From Vicugna vicugna (lineage: Eukaryota), in assembly GCA_013265495.1 (NCBI GenBank), contig MU058444.1, positions 1,178,001-1,242,000 of the forward strand: DNA of 64,000 bases. The letters run 5' to 3'. Below, piece by piece: positions 1-12,458 of the stretch. The first letter of the stretch is position 1, and every line of letters starts with the position of its first letter. The position numbers and the translations under genes were made by a program. Under the pieces are notes generated by a model. The model did no database searches and had not been told where the DNA came from. It saw nothing but the letters and a program-made list of their open reading frames with translations.

Positions 1-2493
1 AAACAGATTCTACATGTTTGAGTCTTTGAATCATTCAGGAGGAAAGAAGAGAAAGAGAATTATTAGGAAATAATTTATATTTTTACATAAATATTCAGAA
101 AATTGGTAAGAATAACCAGATTTGGGTTATGGGTCTACCAGCGATATGGACTGAGCTTTAAGATACGGGGGCATCATCAGTGTGGGGTGTTTGATATAAT
201 GCATGTCTGGATGTGCAGCACTTGGGGAAGTTGGCTTTTGCCACCTGCATTTCAACTTATTCAGCTTCCCTGAGTGATTGGGAGGCAAAAGTAAACAAAG
301 AATAAAACATTGAAAAATGAATATTTAGGGGTTGAAGGAGACAAACAGTCCCTTTTATCTGAAAGGATACCATTTTATAAGGCATCATTCTTACCCTCTG
401 TAGCTCTGAGTATGTGGCTTGGGGACATTCTATATGTTATTACGACTCTAAATTTACGATAGTGGCAGTTCTAATATTTCGCCTGGTGACTGATCTAACA
501 AAGGAACATGTGAAAACAGTTCTGAGTAATCAAAGCAACTTAAAAGACAGTCAAGGATCCAAACATTACACCGTTGCCTTACAACATCTTAGAGCAGGTA
601 TGTAAAGGCAATGGATATTTATGTGTATTTATTCACGGTCTGGTCTCAGAAGCCTCTGTCCCCACTGATGATGAGAAAGGTAACCAATATGCTTATTCAG
701 ATTAACTCAGTTCTCTAGGAAAGCCAATCAGCTATCTTAACTTTGAATTCCTAATTAGGGGACATCTCAGCTCTTTTTCTCTTCTTCTGCAAGGGGGTGT
801 ATTTGCGAATGGAGAGCTTACCTAGGTGGACATGCCGCCTCCCGTATCTTTGCTGGTTTCTGCTGTGGAGTGACTGTGCCGTCTGGTCTCTGGTCACATT
901 GTAGCAGAGTCTGTTGAGGACTCATGCTTTGGGCACCACAGCTCCTTGTCCAGGCTTCCAGCTGGGACGGGACGTATCCCTACACAGTGGCTTTGGTCTT
1001 CTAAGGCTGGGTCTCTTCTGGCTCCCCAGAGAGGATCTCAGCACCCCTGCATTCCTCTGCAGGGCAAAATAATCAGCTGCTTTCTGTGCCCTTTGCTATA
1101 TCATGCAGTATTTTCTTGACGCTATAACTTCAAGTCCCTCCTTCGCCATGGCTTCCTTCCTGCTAGCATCCCAGTGCCGTGCAGATTTGGTGATATAATT
1201 CATGAACAGCTTTGCTGAGAGGAAAGAAGGAAGGCCTGTACTGGGATTTTCCCCAAACTTATATGAGTGTAAGTGTTGTTCCTTACTTCTGCCCTGGTCC
1301 CAAACGCTCATGAGACCTGCCATGGATGGGACGGGGTGGTGAGCGGGAGAGGGGGCGGCAGTGGTTAGGAAGGAGTCGGGATGGGCTGCCACAGCTGAAC
1401 CTCTTGCCTCTGCCTTTCTCCTCCCCCATCTCTCCAAGGCTGCTATCTAAATGGGACTCTTCTTGCTCCACATCCTCCATATTTTTTCACTCAGACTTTC
1501 AGTGCAGCTGTATGACTCAAGTCTACCAGAGTTGGATCACGATATGCACAAGGAAGTTTTTAGAACTTAGAAAACGCTGCTCTCTTAACAAAGCGTGGCT
1601 TTCAATGCCCTGATTCCTTTATGTGCGTAAAAAGGCTAGAGTTTAAGCTCCCACTGAACAATGACTTCTTTGTCCTAAGACTGTGCCCACACTTTTTCAG
1701 GAGTAATGAATACGTGTTGCTTCGCTGGTTTTGGACCTGCAGAGAATCATGATTCAAGGCAAATGAAGAAAAAAATATGATGGCTTAAGAATTTCCATTA
1801 TGTTCTTATTACACGCATACAACGGTTCAACAGAAAACTGGAGTTATTAAAGCAGAAATAAGGACAAGGGAAATGAGAAGAAAAGAAATGAGGTGATGAG
1901 AGGAAATGAGAAAAGAAAAAGGAAAAAAAGGAGAACAAGGTGCCAAAGGACATCACAAATTGGCCCTGCTTCTCTTTTTCCATTTTCTATGTTATCTTCC
2001 CTCTGTTGCAGGCAGAAGGCAAGAGACAGCCTACTGCAGCAGGGACTATCCCACATATTAAAGCCACCCAGGGACCTTCTGTAGGTCTATCTAGATTAAG
2101 TCTTTGGAGATTGTAGTTGCTTCACTGTAGTTTTGTAGGTCATTGAAATTCTCATGGGCCCAGGTCAATCAGAGAAGACCTCAAATTAAACAGTTTACCC
2201 CCACTGGATTTAATTCACAGGTCACACATAGTCCTTTTTGTTAAAGTCCATGAGATTTCTGAACCAGAAGTCGTTTTGATTCCCCTTAGTAACTGATTTA
2301 TGTTTCTTTAATGGACACTGAATCTAGCATCTAAATATGTTTGCCTTTTGATGTGGCTGCTAGAAATCCCAGAGTTTCATTTGCATCCAACCTTTAGAAT
2401 GTGCCCCTGATTGTGCACTTTTATGATACTTTTATTTTCCAATACATATTTGAATTTGCCTTCGTTATCTACCTTATTTATAATAATATTCCT

Positions 2494-2810
2494 AATGCAG
2501 GAAAATGGGGCACGAGAGGATGGTCGTGTGCCAGGTCTGGGCAAGTCCCTGGGATGCATCTTGTCAAGTGATGGTCCTTGGCTACCCTCGGAAAAGAATT
2601 CAAGAGCGAGCCACAGTGGAGTGAAGGTAGATTTATTCAAAGAGATGCACACTCCATACCCAGAGTGCAGGCCATCTCAGAAGGCCAGACAGGCCACGAG
2701 CGTATAGTGAAGCTCAAGGCCTACTGGGAGTTGAATATGCCGCCATCTTGGTGCTAACAGCTGTGTCATTCTTTAAATGGTTGTGCCCTGCCCCTTCCCT
2801 CCTGTCTCAC
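2494..2810 (-). mobile_element. ERV1-class solo LTR fragment
   Basis: Minus strand aataaatctacc...ggctcgctcttgaattctttt...ccaaggac, typical of ERV1 LTR R/U5 regions. Confidence 0.55.
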
Positions 2811-2834
2811 TCCTAGTGATAAGTGTATCAAACA

Positions 2835-3205
2835 GGACAGGCTGGTTACCCTACAGGGATAAGTAATCACAAAATGTCAGTGGATTACAGTAACAATGGT
2901 TTATTTCTTGCTCACGCTACAGGTTCATAACAGGGAAGCCCTGCCTGTGCTCTGTTGCCTTCACTGGGAGGTCAAGGCTGACAAAACAGCTTTTCTCTGG
3001 GATATCACCAGGGGAATACTCGAGATCATGACAAAGTACATGCTGGGTCTTAAAACCTGCATCCAGCATAACACATGTCATTTCCACTGACATTTCATTG
3101 GCCAAAGTAAGTCATAATGGCCGCCAGAATCAGTGAGGCAAGAAGTATAATCTTCCTCCAGAGAGGCTCAGGGGATACTTGGGGATAACAATACAGTCTA
3201 TCAAA
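2835..3205. mobile_element. MaLR LTR (MLT1J/K-like)
   Basis: tcagtggattacagtaacaatggtttatttcttgctcacg...catttcattggccaaagtaagtca motifs. Confidence 0.65.
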
Positions 3206-3209
3206 ACAG

Positions 3210-3435
3210 GTAACATTTATTTAAGTAATTACTCTGAACGTGGCAGTCTTCTAAGACATATATTTAATACTCATCCGAGATCTGTTTGGTATGTACGAGG
3301 TGTTTCTTCTTATAGATGAACAGCAATGAGTTTGGCAAGATCAAGAGATTTGTTCAGGTTTACCCGGGTGCTAAAAGGCTGAACTGGGATTGGAACTGGA
3401 GTTTTCTGCCTCCAAACCCAGTCTCTATCCCTGTT
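3210..3435 (-). mobile_element. MIR SINE (other likely MIRs at about 9080-9250, 16345-16560, 22310-22510, 22760-22935, 29690-29840, 41695-41892, 52400-52600, 61380-61540)
   Basis: MIR core-like motifs, e.g. ttactgatgaggaaactgaggc at about 22413, aagtaatttgcccaaggtcacag at about 41811, cctcagtccctactacataaaat at about 61491. Confidence 0.55.
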
Positions 3436-4147
3436 TATTGCACTGCCTATGTTTCTATAATCCCTCTGAGATAAGGAGGGGGTGAATACTTAAATATAAA
3501 AATCCAATAAGAAGCTAAACGATCCACGTTACAAGCCCAAATGTTTTTAAAAAATCCAATGTAATGATGGTGAGTATTCCACTCCCCTTGTTTGGAGAGC
3601 CAACAGCCAATGGACCAAAGCAGCTGCAAATGAGCCAATGTTCTTCTCCCATTAGGAGCTAATTAACCTGCAGCCTGGAGGCACTTATCAGTAGGTGTTT
3701 AGAAAACCAATAAAATGAGGGGGTCAACTGGGGTAGCTGAGAGAAGTCAAACCAGATTTCTGAAATATAAAAAGTATGAACATGAAGGTAAGTATGAGAA
3801 CCAAAGGCAGAATCAAGATGAAATCGGTGAATTGCCTTGGCATTTTTTAAGATGCCATCCTTTCACACACGGAAATAGAACCTAGAACAGTGATAATGAA
3901 ATTAAACCATGGACCTCCTCATTAACCCGTCACTGACTACAGTCCTTCTCCATCTTACAACCGTTCTTGGGTTTTTGAATAGTCAGCTTTCTGGTTTTCT
4001 GGAAGCCATTTCTTTCTTTTTTCTCCTCTTTTCTTTTAAAGCAGTTTGAATTTTATTTGATCATTCGCAAGAATTGCACATCCAAGGGTCTGCATGGGCC
4101 AGGCAAATAAAGTGAGAATAGGGTAGGATGTAAGCTCCCTCCTTCCA

Positions 4148-4179
<32 letters not shown>

Positions 4180-4361
4180 GTTGAAGTATAGTCGATCTAC
4201 AGTGTTGTGTTAATTTCTGGTGTACAGCATAGCGATTTAGTTTATATATATATATATATTCCTTTTCATATTCTTTTTCATTATAGGCCATTACAAAGTA
4301 TTGAATATAGTTCCCTGGGCTTTGCCATAGGACTTTGTTGTTTAATTCTTTTTTACATACA
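4148..4361 (-). mobile_element. Young L1 3' end fragment (cetartiodactyl/camelid type) with (TTTTG)n tail
   Basis: ttgaagtatagtcgatctacagtgttgtgttaatttctggtgtacagcat... typical L1 3' terminus. Confidence 0.8.
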
Positions 4362-4689
4362 AAAATTGTTCTTGTCTGCTCATTGTTACGCTCAGTGGGG
4401 TTTCTTATAGCACCACTGAGCGTAGATGAAGACGCCATCATTAGTTCAACAAATATTGAGACACTCCCAAACACCAGTTCTTGCACTGGATCTTAATGTG
4501 ACAGTCAAGGGCTGAAAGTCAAGGGGCGGGGGGTGACTTCAACTAAATAATTACACAAATATTGTCACAAATTAATCGTCACCATGGCAGCATTAAACCA
4601 TTCTGGAAGCACGTCTCTTTGGACTCTCTTTATTTGGAATCCTGGATTTGACAGGAAAGCAACATTCAGATTTATCCACTTCAATATTC

Positions 4690-5050
4690 CTGTCAAGTGA
4701 ATGGCTGTACCCCTCTAAAGTCACATGTCGCGATCCTAACCGCCAACGTGATGGCATTTGGCGGTGTGCCACCGGGAGGTCATTTAGGTCATGAGGGTGG
4801 GATCCTCATGAATGGGATTAGTGCCCTTATAAAAAGGGACCCCTGAGGGCTTTCTAGCTTTCTTTCCCTCGTGTGAGGATAGCAAAAGAAGCCAACAATC
4901 TGCAACCTGGAAATGGGTTCTCGCCAGACCCCAAACATGCCGGCATCCTCATCCCACACCTCTCACCTCAGAAGTGAGAGACATAAATTCCTGCTCCTTA
5001 TACATCACTCAGTCTGTGGTACTTTGTTATAATGGCCCAAACTGACAAAT
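4690..5050 (+). mobile_element. MaLR solo LTR (MLT1A/A0-like)
   Basis: taggtcatgagggtgggatcctcatgaatgggattagtgcccttataaaa...ataaattcctgct...cagtctgtggtactttgttataatggcccaaactgac. Confidence 0.85.
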
Positions 5051-7397
5051 GCATAATTACGATTAATTTATACTATAGAACAGAAGGTAGATATTTGGAG
5101 TCTTGATGATAACTCTTCATGCCCAGGCAATTACATGGCCAGGAGTTGGAAATATTTTTATCACAATTGAAAACTTACATCTTGAGGCTTACCATTTTTG
5201 AAGGCTTCAAATTTTTAAAACTTTCCTCATGAACTGTAAAAAGAATTATATTTAGTACTTAATGGATTACACATGCACATTCAAAAATTATTTCACATAC
5301 ACTTACAAGTAAATGTTAATGTAGAACAGTACACTTTGTTAAAACAGCCTCCATTTCTTCTTATGAGAACCGAAATGATGTTACTAATAGACTTCTTCTA
5401 AAGTCTACGAAAATAAATAGTACCATAAATTTAACTTTACTATAACAAAAAGCCTTACGTTTTCTGGTTTCCAGAACATATAACCATATATTATGTTCAT
5501 CCATGAATATCTTGAAGCATACTTACTCTGAAGCTTAGCATAAAAGTCACAGGCACTCAACCAGGTGGATAACGTAATTTTCATTTTCCTAATGTACACC
5601 AGAATCTAAATTGCATCGTGCCTTCATCTGAAACCCAACCATTCGGTTTATGGTAAACTGACTTGATGGGAAGTTTATCTTAAGACTTATGCAATCTTCG
5701 CCCCTCATGAAGCATGATGTTCAGGGAATATATTTTCTGGGGCTAACATATGGTGGAACAATCTTTCAGGTTACCTGTTGTGACCCCGAGTTTGCCTGAT
5801 GGGGGGAAAATGTGCTTCCAATTAAAACTGTCCTATGGGGATGTAATTCTTTCTGAATTCAGAGTAAAGAATAGCTAAGGAGTCTGGTCCGTGTCTGACA
5901 GCTGGTGCAAAGCACCTTGAATCAATAAAAACTCTTATTAATTCCACCCTAAGTACTTGCTGTTGGCTCACCTTGACATGATTCTACAAAGAACTGTAGA
6001 TTTGAAAACTTCTAATGCAGGTTACTGTCTAGAACAAGGCCAATATTCCTGAAAAAGGCCTACAAACTCACAAAAAATAACTTCATATAAATAAAGAACT
6101 TCACAACCACAGTTTGTGAGAACTGTTTTTGCTGCTTTGAGAATCACAAAGAAATTCAAAGCCATAATTTATGTCCCTAAATGACATTTCTAGGCAACAA
6201 GACATGGAATTTTAACTTAAGGCTATGCAGACCAGGGCTTATAGAAGCTCTTCTCAAATGCATAAATTGTCCCAAATGTAAATGATCCAGCCATTCTCAA
6301 TCTCCCGGACTGAACCCTAAGTCTACGAAACATTTTTCAGAGTCAGATGAAACCTAACAATAGGATAATTTAACCTTTTCTTTTTCTTATTGTTCCAAAA
6401 GCATAGTCTTTCAGGCTCTTTCATATTTAGTTTATCATCCAGGGCAAAACAGGACAACGTCATGTCATGACAGTTACTCATTCTTTAGCCTTCACTGCAC
6501 ATCTCTCGTTTGTTACTATACCTTCTTTGTTTTCTGGGACATATTTTACAATTTTACCCTCTGATTCACATCTGAGTGTCCTGATCCAAAGATCCAGCTC
6601 ATATCTGAGTATTGTTCAAAGATAATAATTTCCTCTTGCAATAATTACTACAGCCCCTCGCCTCCAGGAGAAAAGCAACTTGACGACCAATAACGGGAAA
6701 GGAGTTGACTATTCATTCCCTTCCTCGCGTTACAAATGTATCCAGGTAATTTAAAAAAATTCTACAGATATGGTTCTCATTCCAAATGGTCCTTAACAGA
6801 TAGTCAATAGGAGGAAAGATAACCTCTCACCTTTTTATATTTACTTAGATCTAATGAGTCGAGCATTGCGACACATTTTTTGGAATAGTGACATATCCCA
6901 TGGCAAAATTAATTCCTGTTAAGCAGTGTAGTCCCTTGTAAATTTCTGCTTTCTTTTCGCAAATAAACACAAAGATGCAAAGGGTGATTGCTGTGTCTTA
7001 GCACCGAGCACACGGTTGTAGAAGTTTGAGGCTGTAGACATAACCCCCAAGTGTCTGCCCAGCTGATCATTAACAAACTCTTTATTAGCCAACTGCGTCC
7101 ACCACCCCCAGGCCCCCGTCTCCCCGCTGCTTCAGTCAAACTAGCCTTCCTTGAGTTCCCTGGATGCATCATCCCCCTTCTTTCCAAAGGGTCTTTACAC
7201 ATCATGGCCCTTTCAGGTAAAATGGCCCTTTCCCTCCTCTTCTATATTTAGCAACTTAACTCTTCCTGCAGGTCTCATCTCTTCGCTCATGTCCTGTGGA
7301 CGGAAACACTTGACAAGGTCACATCCTCTACCATCTCCCATTAGAGAAAGATGAGTTTCTCCTTCATGGCACTTTACTACACGTGTAACGGTCACAT

Positions 7398-7407
7398 TAT
7401 ATGTATA

Positions 7408-7451
<44 letters not shown>

Positions 7452-7460
7452 TGTGTGTAT
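7398..7460. repeat. (TA/TG)n microsatellite
   Basis: tatatgtatatgtatat followed by a long (gt)n run. Confidence 0.95.
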
Positions 7461-7689
7461 AAAACAGTCCTTGCAAATATACCAGGAGAAATTGGATTTT
7501 TATACTTTAAGCAAATGAATTTTAGAAAGAAAACTACTGGGGGTCTTGTTAGAAGATTTTTAGACAAAGTAAAATAGTCACTTTCCAATGTTGTTTTAAA
7601 GTGAGAAGACAAGTTTTTTTTGAGGGGGCATACATTGTTTTGGCAAAAATAACTCTAATAATGGAAATATTTCCAAGTAAACTATTTTT

Positions 7690-7792
7690 AAAAGGGAAAG
7701 GAAGGAAAGGAAGAAAGAAAGGAAGGGAAGAAAGGGAAGGAAAGAAAGAAGGAAGGAAAGAAAGAGAAAGAAAGAAAGAAAGAGAGAAAGAG

Positions 7793-7826
<34 letters not shown>

Positions 7827-7969
7827 NNNNNNNNNNNNNNNNAAAGAAAAGAAAAGAAAAGAAAAGAAAAGAAAAGAAAAGAAAAGAAAAGAAAAGAAAA
7901 GAAAAGAAAGGAAAAAAAAGGAGAGGAGAGGAGAGGAGAGGAGAGGAGAGGAGAGGAGAGGAGAGAAAG
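7690..7969. repeat. Compound polypurine microsatellite (GGAA/GAAA)n-(GAAAA)n-(GGAGA)n containing a 16-N assembly gap (7827-7842)
   Basis: Directly visible in the sequence. Confidence 0.97.
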
Positions 7970-9664
7970 ATCCAGACACCGGTTTTCCAATTCCACTGCT
8001 TTCTCTTCTTTGGAAGATACACATATTCAGAGCATGAATTTTGTCAGCTGAATTCCAGGTGATCCGGCTACATCTGGGTGAAACTCCTGAGGAAAACGAA
8101 AGAGCAGGCAGTGTTGCTTTTCTTGTAATGACCCACAGGCTTCTCAGAAAGCATCCAGAATGCCTGCCCAACAAGCCAGCGCATTAGCATCCATGTACAG
8201 ACAGAGGCCATTGTGAAACCTTCTGACTCAGAGGCAGCTTTTCAGGATTCAGATGATTCAGGACAATGGTCTGGTGACCCATGATGTGTTGTTAGTCAAC
8301 TCTACCAGTGACTGAGGCATTAAAGGACTATCTGGAGAAAGGAAAGTTTGGATGGAACAGTCACCAGAAGTTCTGAGATATTACCTCTCAATTCCCAGAA
8401 GGGTGTAACTCTTTCCCAAAGCCACATAAGCTTGATACGACAGCTCAGTTAGGTCAGAGGATGGATGGCTCCCATGGAAACAAAGAATCATCTTCTTCAA
8501 CTAAGCACACAACTTCATAATGGAAGCACGTAGAAGGAGGAGAAGGGAGAGGTCTGCCCTACCTCCGTGGCCCATCAAGGAAACACTGGCAACTCCATTT
8601 TGGTGGCAGAAACCAACCCACCACCTGCTCACTCATGCAGCTGCCAAAAGAGTGGAAATAAATTCCTAATGTTGGTGGAATTTCTGACTTTAGGTGATGC
8701 AGGGTTTGGAGACTAAGCTTGCTAGAATGCCCTTTGGACAGAGTCGCTCAGCAAAAGTCTCACTACACGTTCCTACATCAACTACAGCCACGTGAAACAC
8801 GGGAAAGAGGCAGCTAGAAGGCGTCGCTCAGTGGTGCAGTGTGGTAAGTGACACATGGGACTTTGCGGCCGATTGAAGATTACATGGTTTTGGGTTTACG
8901 GCTGAGCTGTCTCTTTCGGGAGCACCATATGCCCTCTAAGACAATGCACCCTTTACATGGGACAGAATACAGGGTGATCTTTTATCACAGCCTCCCTGAG
9001 GGTAAAACAACTCATGATGGAAAAGAAGTTCCCCTCCACAGCAGTGCCATAGAAAAGAGGAATAAAAATGATGAGAGTTAACAATTATTGACTACTGGCC
9101 GGCACCCTGCCAAACGCTTGTAAGCATCATTTCATGAGATCATCCCAACATTATTATCTAATTTTTACAGGTGAAGGAAGCGAGGTTTTAAGTGAGGTTT
9201 AAAAGTATCAGTAAATTGATGGAGGTTGCATAGCCACTGAGTAACAGATCAGATGATGCCGGGGGCCCACTCAGGATGGATGGATGAGTGAAGTCCATTA
9301 TGCCGCCTCTCTCCTGGGGCTGGGCATTTTGGTGCCTCCTTCCTGCAACTGACACGTTATTTTTAACCTTCCATCATGGCTGCCTCTAACGCCCACTTTA
9401 ATTTACCTTTATGCTATAATACACGTGAGGGATACCACATTTTGAAAACTGGTGAAATCTGTTGGATTCAAGCCTCCTGGAGAAATCCTGACAATGACCT
9501 GTTCACAGGGCTCTTCCACCTTATGGAGCCAGGAAACAGAGCCAAGGGGAGGAAGGCGGCAGGTGAGGGGACATCTGTGTCACATACTCTCCTAATTCCC
9601 TTCTTCTTGTTTGAATTGAACTCATTTCTATTTTGTTTCCCTCCTAACCACTGTGTATAAAACA

Positions 9665-10131
9665 CGGATTACACCAGGCCCTAAGGAATGATGAACGCAG
9701 CCAAGCCCTTGCTTTCTTGGAGCATGCATTCTGCGGGGGAAAGAAAGAAAATAAACAACTAGATAGGCAAATAAAGAGTTAAAGACTAAATAATGAAAAT
9801 GAAACAAGCTGATGGGAGAGAAAGCAACCGAGGCCTTATTCTAGACTGAGTTGTCAGGGAAGACTCATTAAGGAGGTGATGTTTATGCCAGGACCTGAAC
9901 GACCAGGCGCCAGTCACGACCAGGGAAAGAACATGATGGGCAGAGATGATAACTGGGTGAAGGCCCTGTGATGGGTCCCAGGCTGACTCATGATGGGTTC
10001 CAGGAGCTGAGAAGGGACAACAGGCTACAACAGGACACAACGCACAAGAGGAAGTGGCACCAGGAATCTCGAATACACCAAGCTTCAAACACCCGTTAGA
10101 TACCCAAGCGGAGGTGTCAAACAGGCAACTG
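9665..10131 (-). mobile_element. L2 fragments (other likely L2 pieces at about 4435-4560, 23200-23760, 27400-27900, 28330-28650, 36620-36930, 41085-41320, 61720-62640)
   Basis: Degenerate L2 motifs: gtcagggaagactc...aggaggtgatgttt and tagatacccaagcggaggtgtcaaacaggca. Confidence 0.5.
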
Positions 10132-10260
10132 CTTCTCAGTCTTTCAAGGGCATAGAAGTCCTGTAAGGATCTTCTTTAAAAATGCAGACTGTGATACAGT
10201 TTGTCCAGAGTGGAGCCCCAGATTCTGCATTTCCCAAAAGGTCCCTAGTGATGTCACCCT
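10132..10260. mobile_element. MER5-like hAT-Charlie MITE
   Basis: ggatcttctttaaaaatgcagactgtgat...gagccccagattctgcatttc. Confidence 0.65.
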
Positions 10261-10429
10261 TCCTTGTCAATTCCCAGTATGTTTCCCACGTGATTCTTTT
10301 CTTACCGTTGTACAATCTTTAAAGTTGCCTTCGTGGTAATCCGCACTTTGTTTCGTTGTCTCGAATTTCTTTTTATTCCTGTGGTCTTGATGAATATTTA
10401 AGAGCAAGTCCACAATGCTCACTTTCATA

Positions 10430-11648
10430 TTCCTAGTTATATTCAAATTTATTCAAAGATAAGATCGCCCAGAATCACTGGAGAAGCCTACAGAAATAGT
10501 GCAACCTTCGTTTCAGATCCCTGTGTAGTAGTGCTGTCCCCAAAGGATTTGCCAGAAAGGTTTTTTTAATTAACGTAGCCCTCCTGCGCCTCTTCTCAAC
10601 TTTGAAATGGTACATTCTGCTATTTCTGGCAATGCTGTCTATTATAAAAAGTAATATTTCAGCCACTTCAACATTAAAAACAACCATAAAAAGTCAACGC
10701 CCCTCAGAATGATGTGATTTAATCAAACTCCCCTGAGTCAGTGAAAAACAGGGTTTTTTTTTTCATAAATTAATAACTGCCTCAATATTCTTAGGATCAC
10801 AGCGACCTTTCTCGGACAATCTGGAAGTGATCTGAACATTATAAAAGTGGATATGGTACATGTAGCAACCTGGCCTCACCACCACGAGTTAGACATCGGG
10901 ATGAAAGTTGTACCTCGCATTTCACGATAGTTGAGTCACACCACACCGGTTTTTACTACAACTGATGAAAAGAAAGTATGATGAGCTGGACGCACGTGAC
11001 AAACATGGGAGGTAATCTGTTTCCAGGATATGGCATCTGGCCATCGACCACCGCCTCTTGGAACAAGATAAAGCCATTGAAATAGTGAACAGATGTTAGC
11101 ATACTTGAAAAATAAAAGTTCTATTGCTAAAAATTATGTAGGGTCGGATGGAGCTCGGGCGCTTGGTCCATAATTTAACTGACTTGGCAAATGGGAAATT
11201 GAGACCCAGAGGCACAGCACACAGAATGGAGGCCACCCACTTCGCACACTACGCGGGAGCTCGTAAACTACTGACACTGCGTGCACTGCGCTAAGCCGGC
11301 TTGATTAAGTATTAACACAGTATTTGACACTTAGGGAAAACCTGAAGTCCATTTTCACGTCTACTAAATTAAAAAGTTATTTCTATAAGCACGAAAGAGT
11401 AGACTTTTCTCCAAGTTCCAAGCATGTCTCATGTCTACAAATTTTATTATTGAGCCTCACTTGCAATTTACCTGATGACTGAGCATCTACCTCACAATCT
11501 ATCCAGGAATACTCTTTTTCAAAGGATCTCCTCTGTCCTCTCTTGTCTACTATATCGCACTTCAGGACAAGTTGACAGTCATGCTTCTCAGGCGGATCTC
11601 TGCAGTTGAAATCAATCTTCTCGGCCTTCAGTCACGCATCCACTCAAG
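10430..11648 (-). other. HMGCLL1: Probable HMGCLL1 3'UTR (about 1.2 kb; end inferred)
   Basis: Largely unique sequence downstream of the stop codon, ending at minus-strand AATAAA hexamers just before repeat-rich DNA resumes. Confidence 0.55.
10448..10453 (-). terminator. Candidate polyadenylation signal AATAAA (alternatives at 10372-10377 and proximal 11443-11448)
   Basis: tttatt on the + strand at these positions. Which one is used cannot be determined from sequence alone. Confidence 0.45.
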
Positions 11649-11750
11649 TCAAGCACTGAAGGAGGCTTGTGCCACTTTAGAGTTTGTAGTTTTATTCACA
11701 GCTTTGCAGATGAAGTCACCAGCTTCCATCACTTTGTAAAGATTCACACC
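11649..11750 (-). CDS. HMGCLL1: HMG-CoA lyase-like 1, last coding exon ([33 protein letters not shown])
   Basis: C-terminal part of ORF 11649..11852. Acceptor ...gccctccccag with an upstream branch-point-like ccctaac; TGA stop. The C-terminus lacks the -CKL peroxisomal signal of HMGCL, which fits the HMGCLL1 paralog. Confidence 0.96.
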   Translation of the reverse strand, partial: GVNLYKVMEAGDFICKAVNKTTNSKVAQASFSA

Positions 11751-11941
11751 CTGGGGAGGGCAAAACCGGGTACCAGGTGGGAAAGGGGGGGGGCGGTTAG
11801 GGAAAGAGTAGACAAAACAGATTCCTTTTAATTTTATCAGTAGTTTAGCCATTTAAAATCATTAAAGAAAATGTTCATTATTGATTTGGGGGAGACATAT
11901 GTCTTCATGAATCATGTAGATTTTTAGCTTTTTCTGCTTTA

Positions 11942-12018
11942 TGGGAAAAATTTTCAATTAGCAATAATCACGCCTCGGATAAACCTCACTGGCTACCATA
12001 CCGCCACTGTGCAAAGCT
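11942..12018 (-). pseudogene. 3'-truncated U4 snRNA retropseudogene (about nt 1-77 of U4)
   Basis: The minus strand reads AGCTTTGCACAGTGGCGGTATGGTAGCCAGTGAGGTTTATCCGAGGCGTGATTATTGCTAATTGAAAATTTTTCCCA, closely matching the 5' half of U4. The Sm site and 3' stem-loops are absent. Degenerate 15-bp TSD at 11926-11940 and 12020-12034. Confidence 0.93.
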
Positions 12019-12317
12019 GAGCTCTTCCTGCCTTGTGAAGACATAGCTCGCGTCTGACCCTAGTATAAACCCACAGGCTAGCCTCACCTGAATGACTCGG
12101 TGTGATTCGGGCTGAGAGCTAAATTCTAGGAGTGACAATGACAGAGCCAGAAACTTTCTACAAAACATCAGTGAAGGGCAACTAAAGTGACAATGGTTTG
12201 GAAGAGTTTATAGATAAAGACTTAGGGAAAAAAAAGATTTAAAAACCTCTTACTGTATGAAGAAATGAACCTGGTAAAGCTATATGGCACATAAGAAAAG
12301 TGAGTGTGTAATTTTTA

Positions 12318-12458
12318 TGTTTTCCTTTTTCTTTTTTTATTTTTTTGGAAGGGAGGTTAATTAGGTTTATTTATTTTTAGAGGAGGCACTGGGGATTGAA
12401 CCCAGGACCTCATACATGCTAAGCATGTGTTCTGCCCCTTGAGCTACACCCTCCCCCT
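12318..12458 (-). mobile_element. tRNA-Ala-derived SINE (camelid Vic-1-like)
   Basis: Minus strand GGGGGAGGGTGTAGCTCAAG...TGCTTAGCATG...GGTTCAATCCCCAG (A/B boxes, AGC anticodon arm) with an A-rich tail. 16-bp TSD gagtgtgtaattttta at 12302-12317 and 12461-12476. Confidence 0.9.

Noticed and set aside
7549..8174. Long ORFs of 102-192 aa (FLSF/KERK-rich)
   Set aside because: These are translations of the purine microsatellite and the N gap.
1..10300. GFRAL terminal exons, expected by synteny beyond the HMGCLL1 3' end
   Set aside because: I could not find a GFRAL-like translation here. The gene probably lies outside the window.
12318..12458. tRNA-Ala genes (here and at about 21.5 kb and 32.6 kb)
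   Set aside because: The tRNA-like heads have A-rich tails, diverged stems and, in two of the three copies, TSDs. They are SINEs, not tRNA genes.
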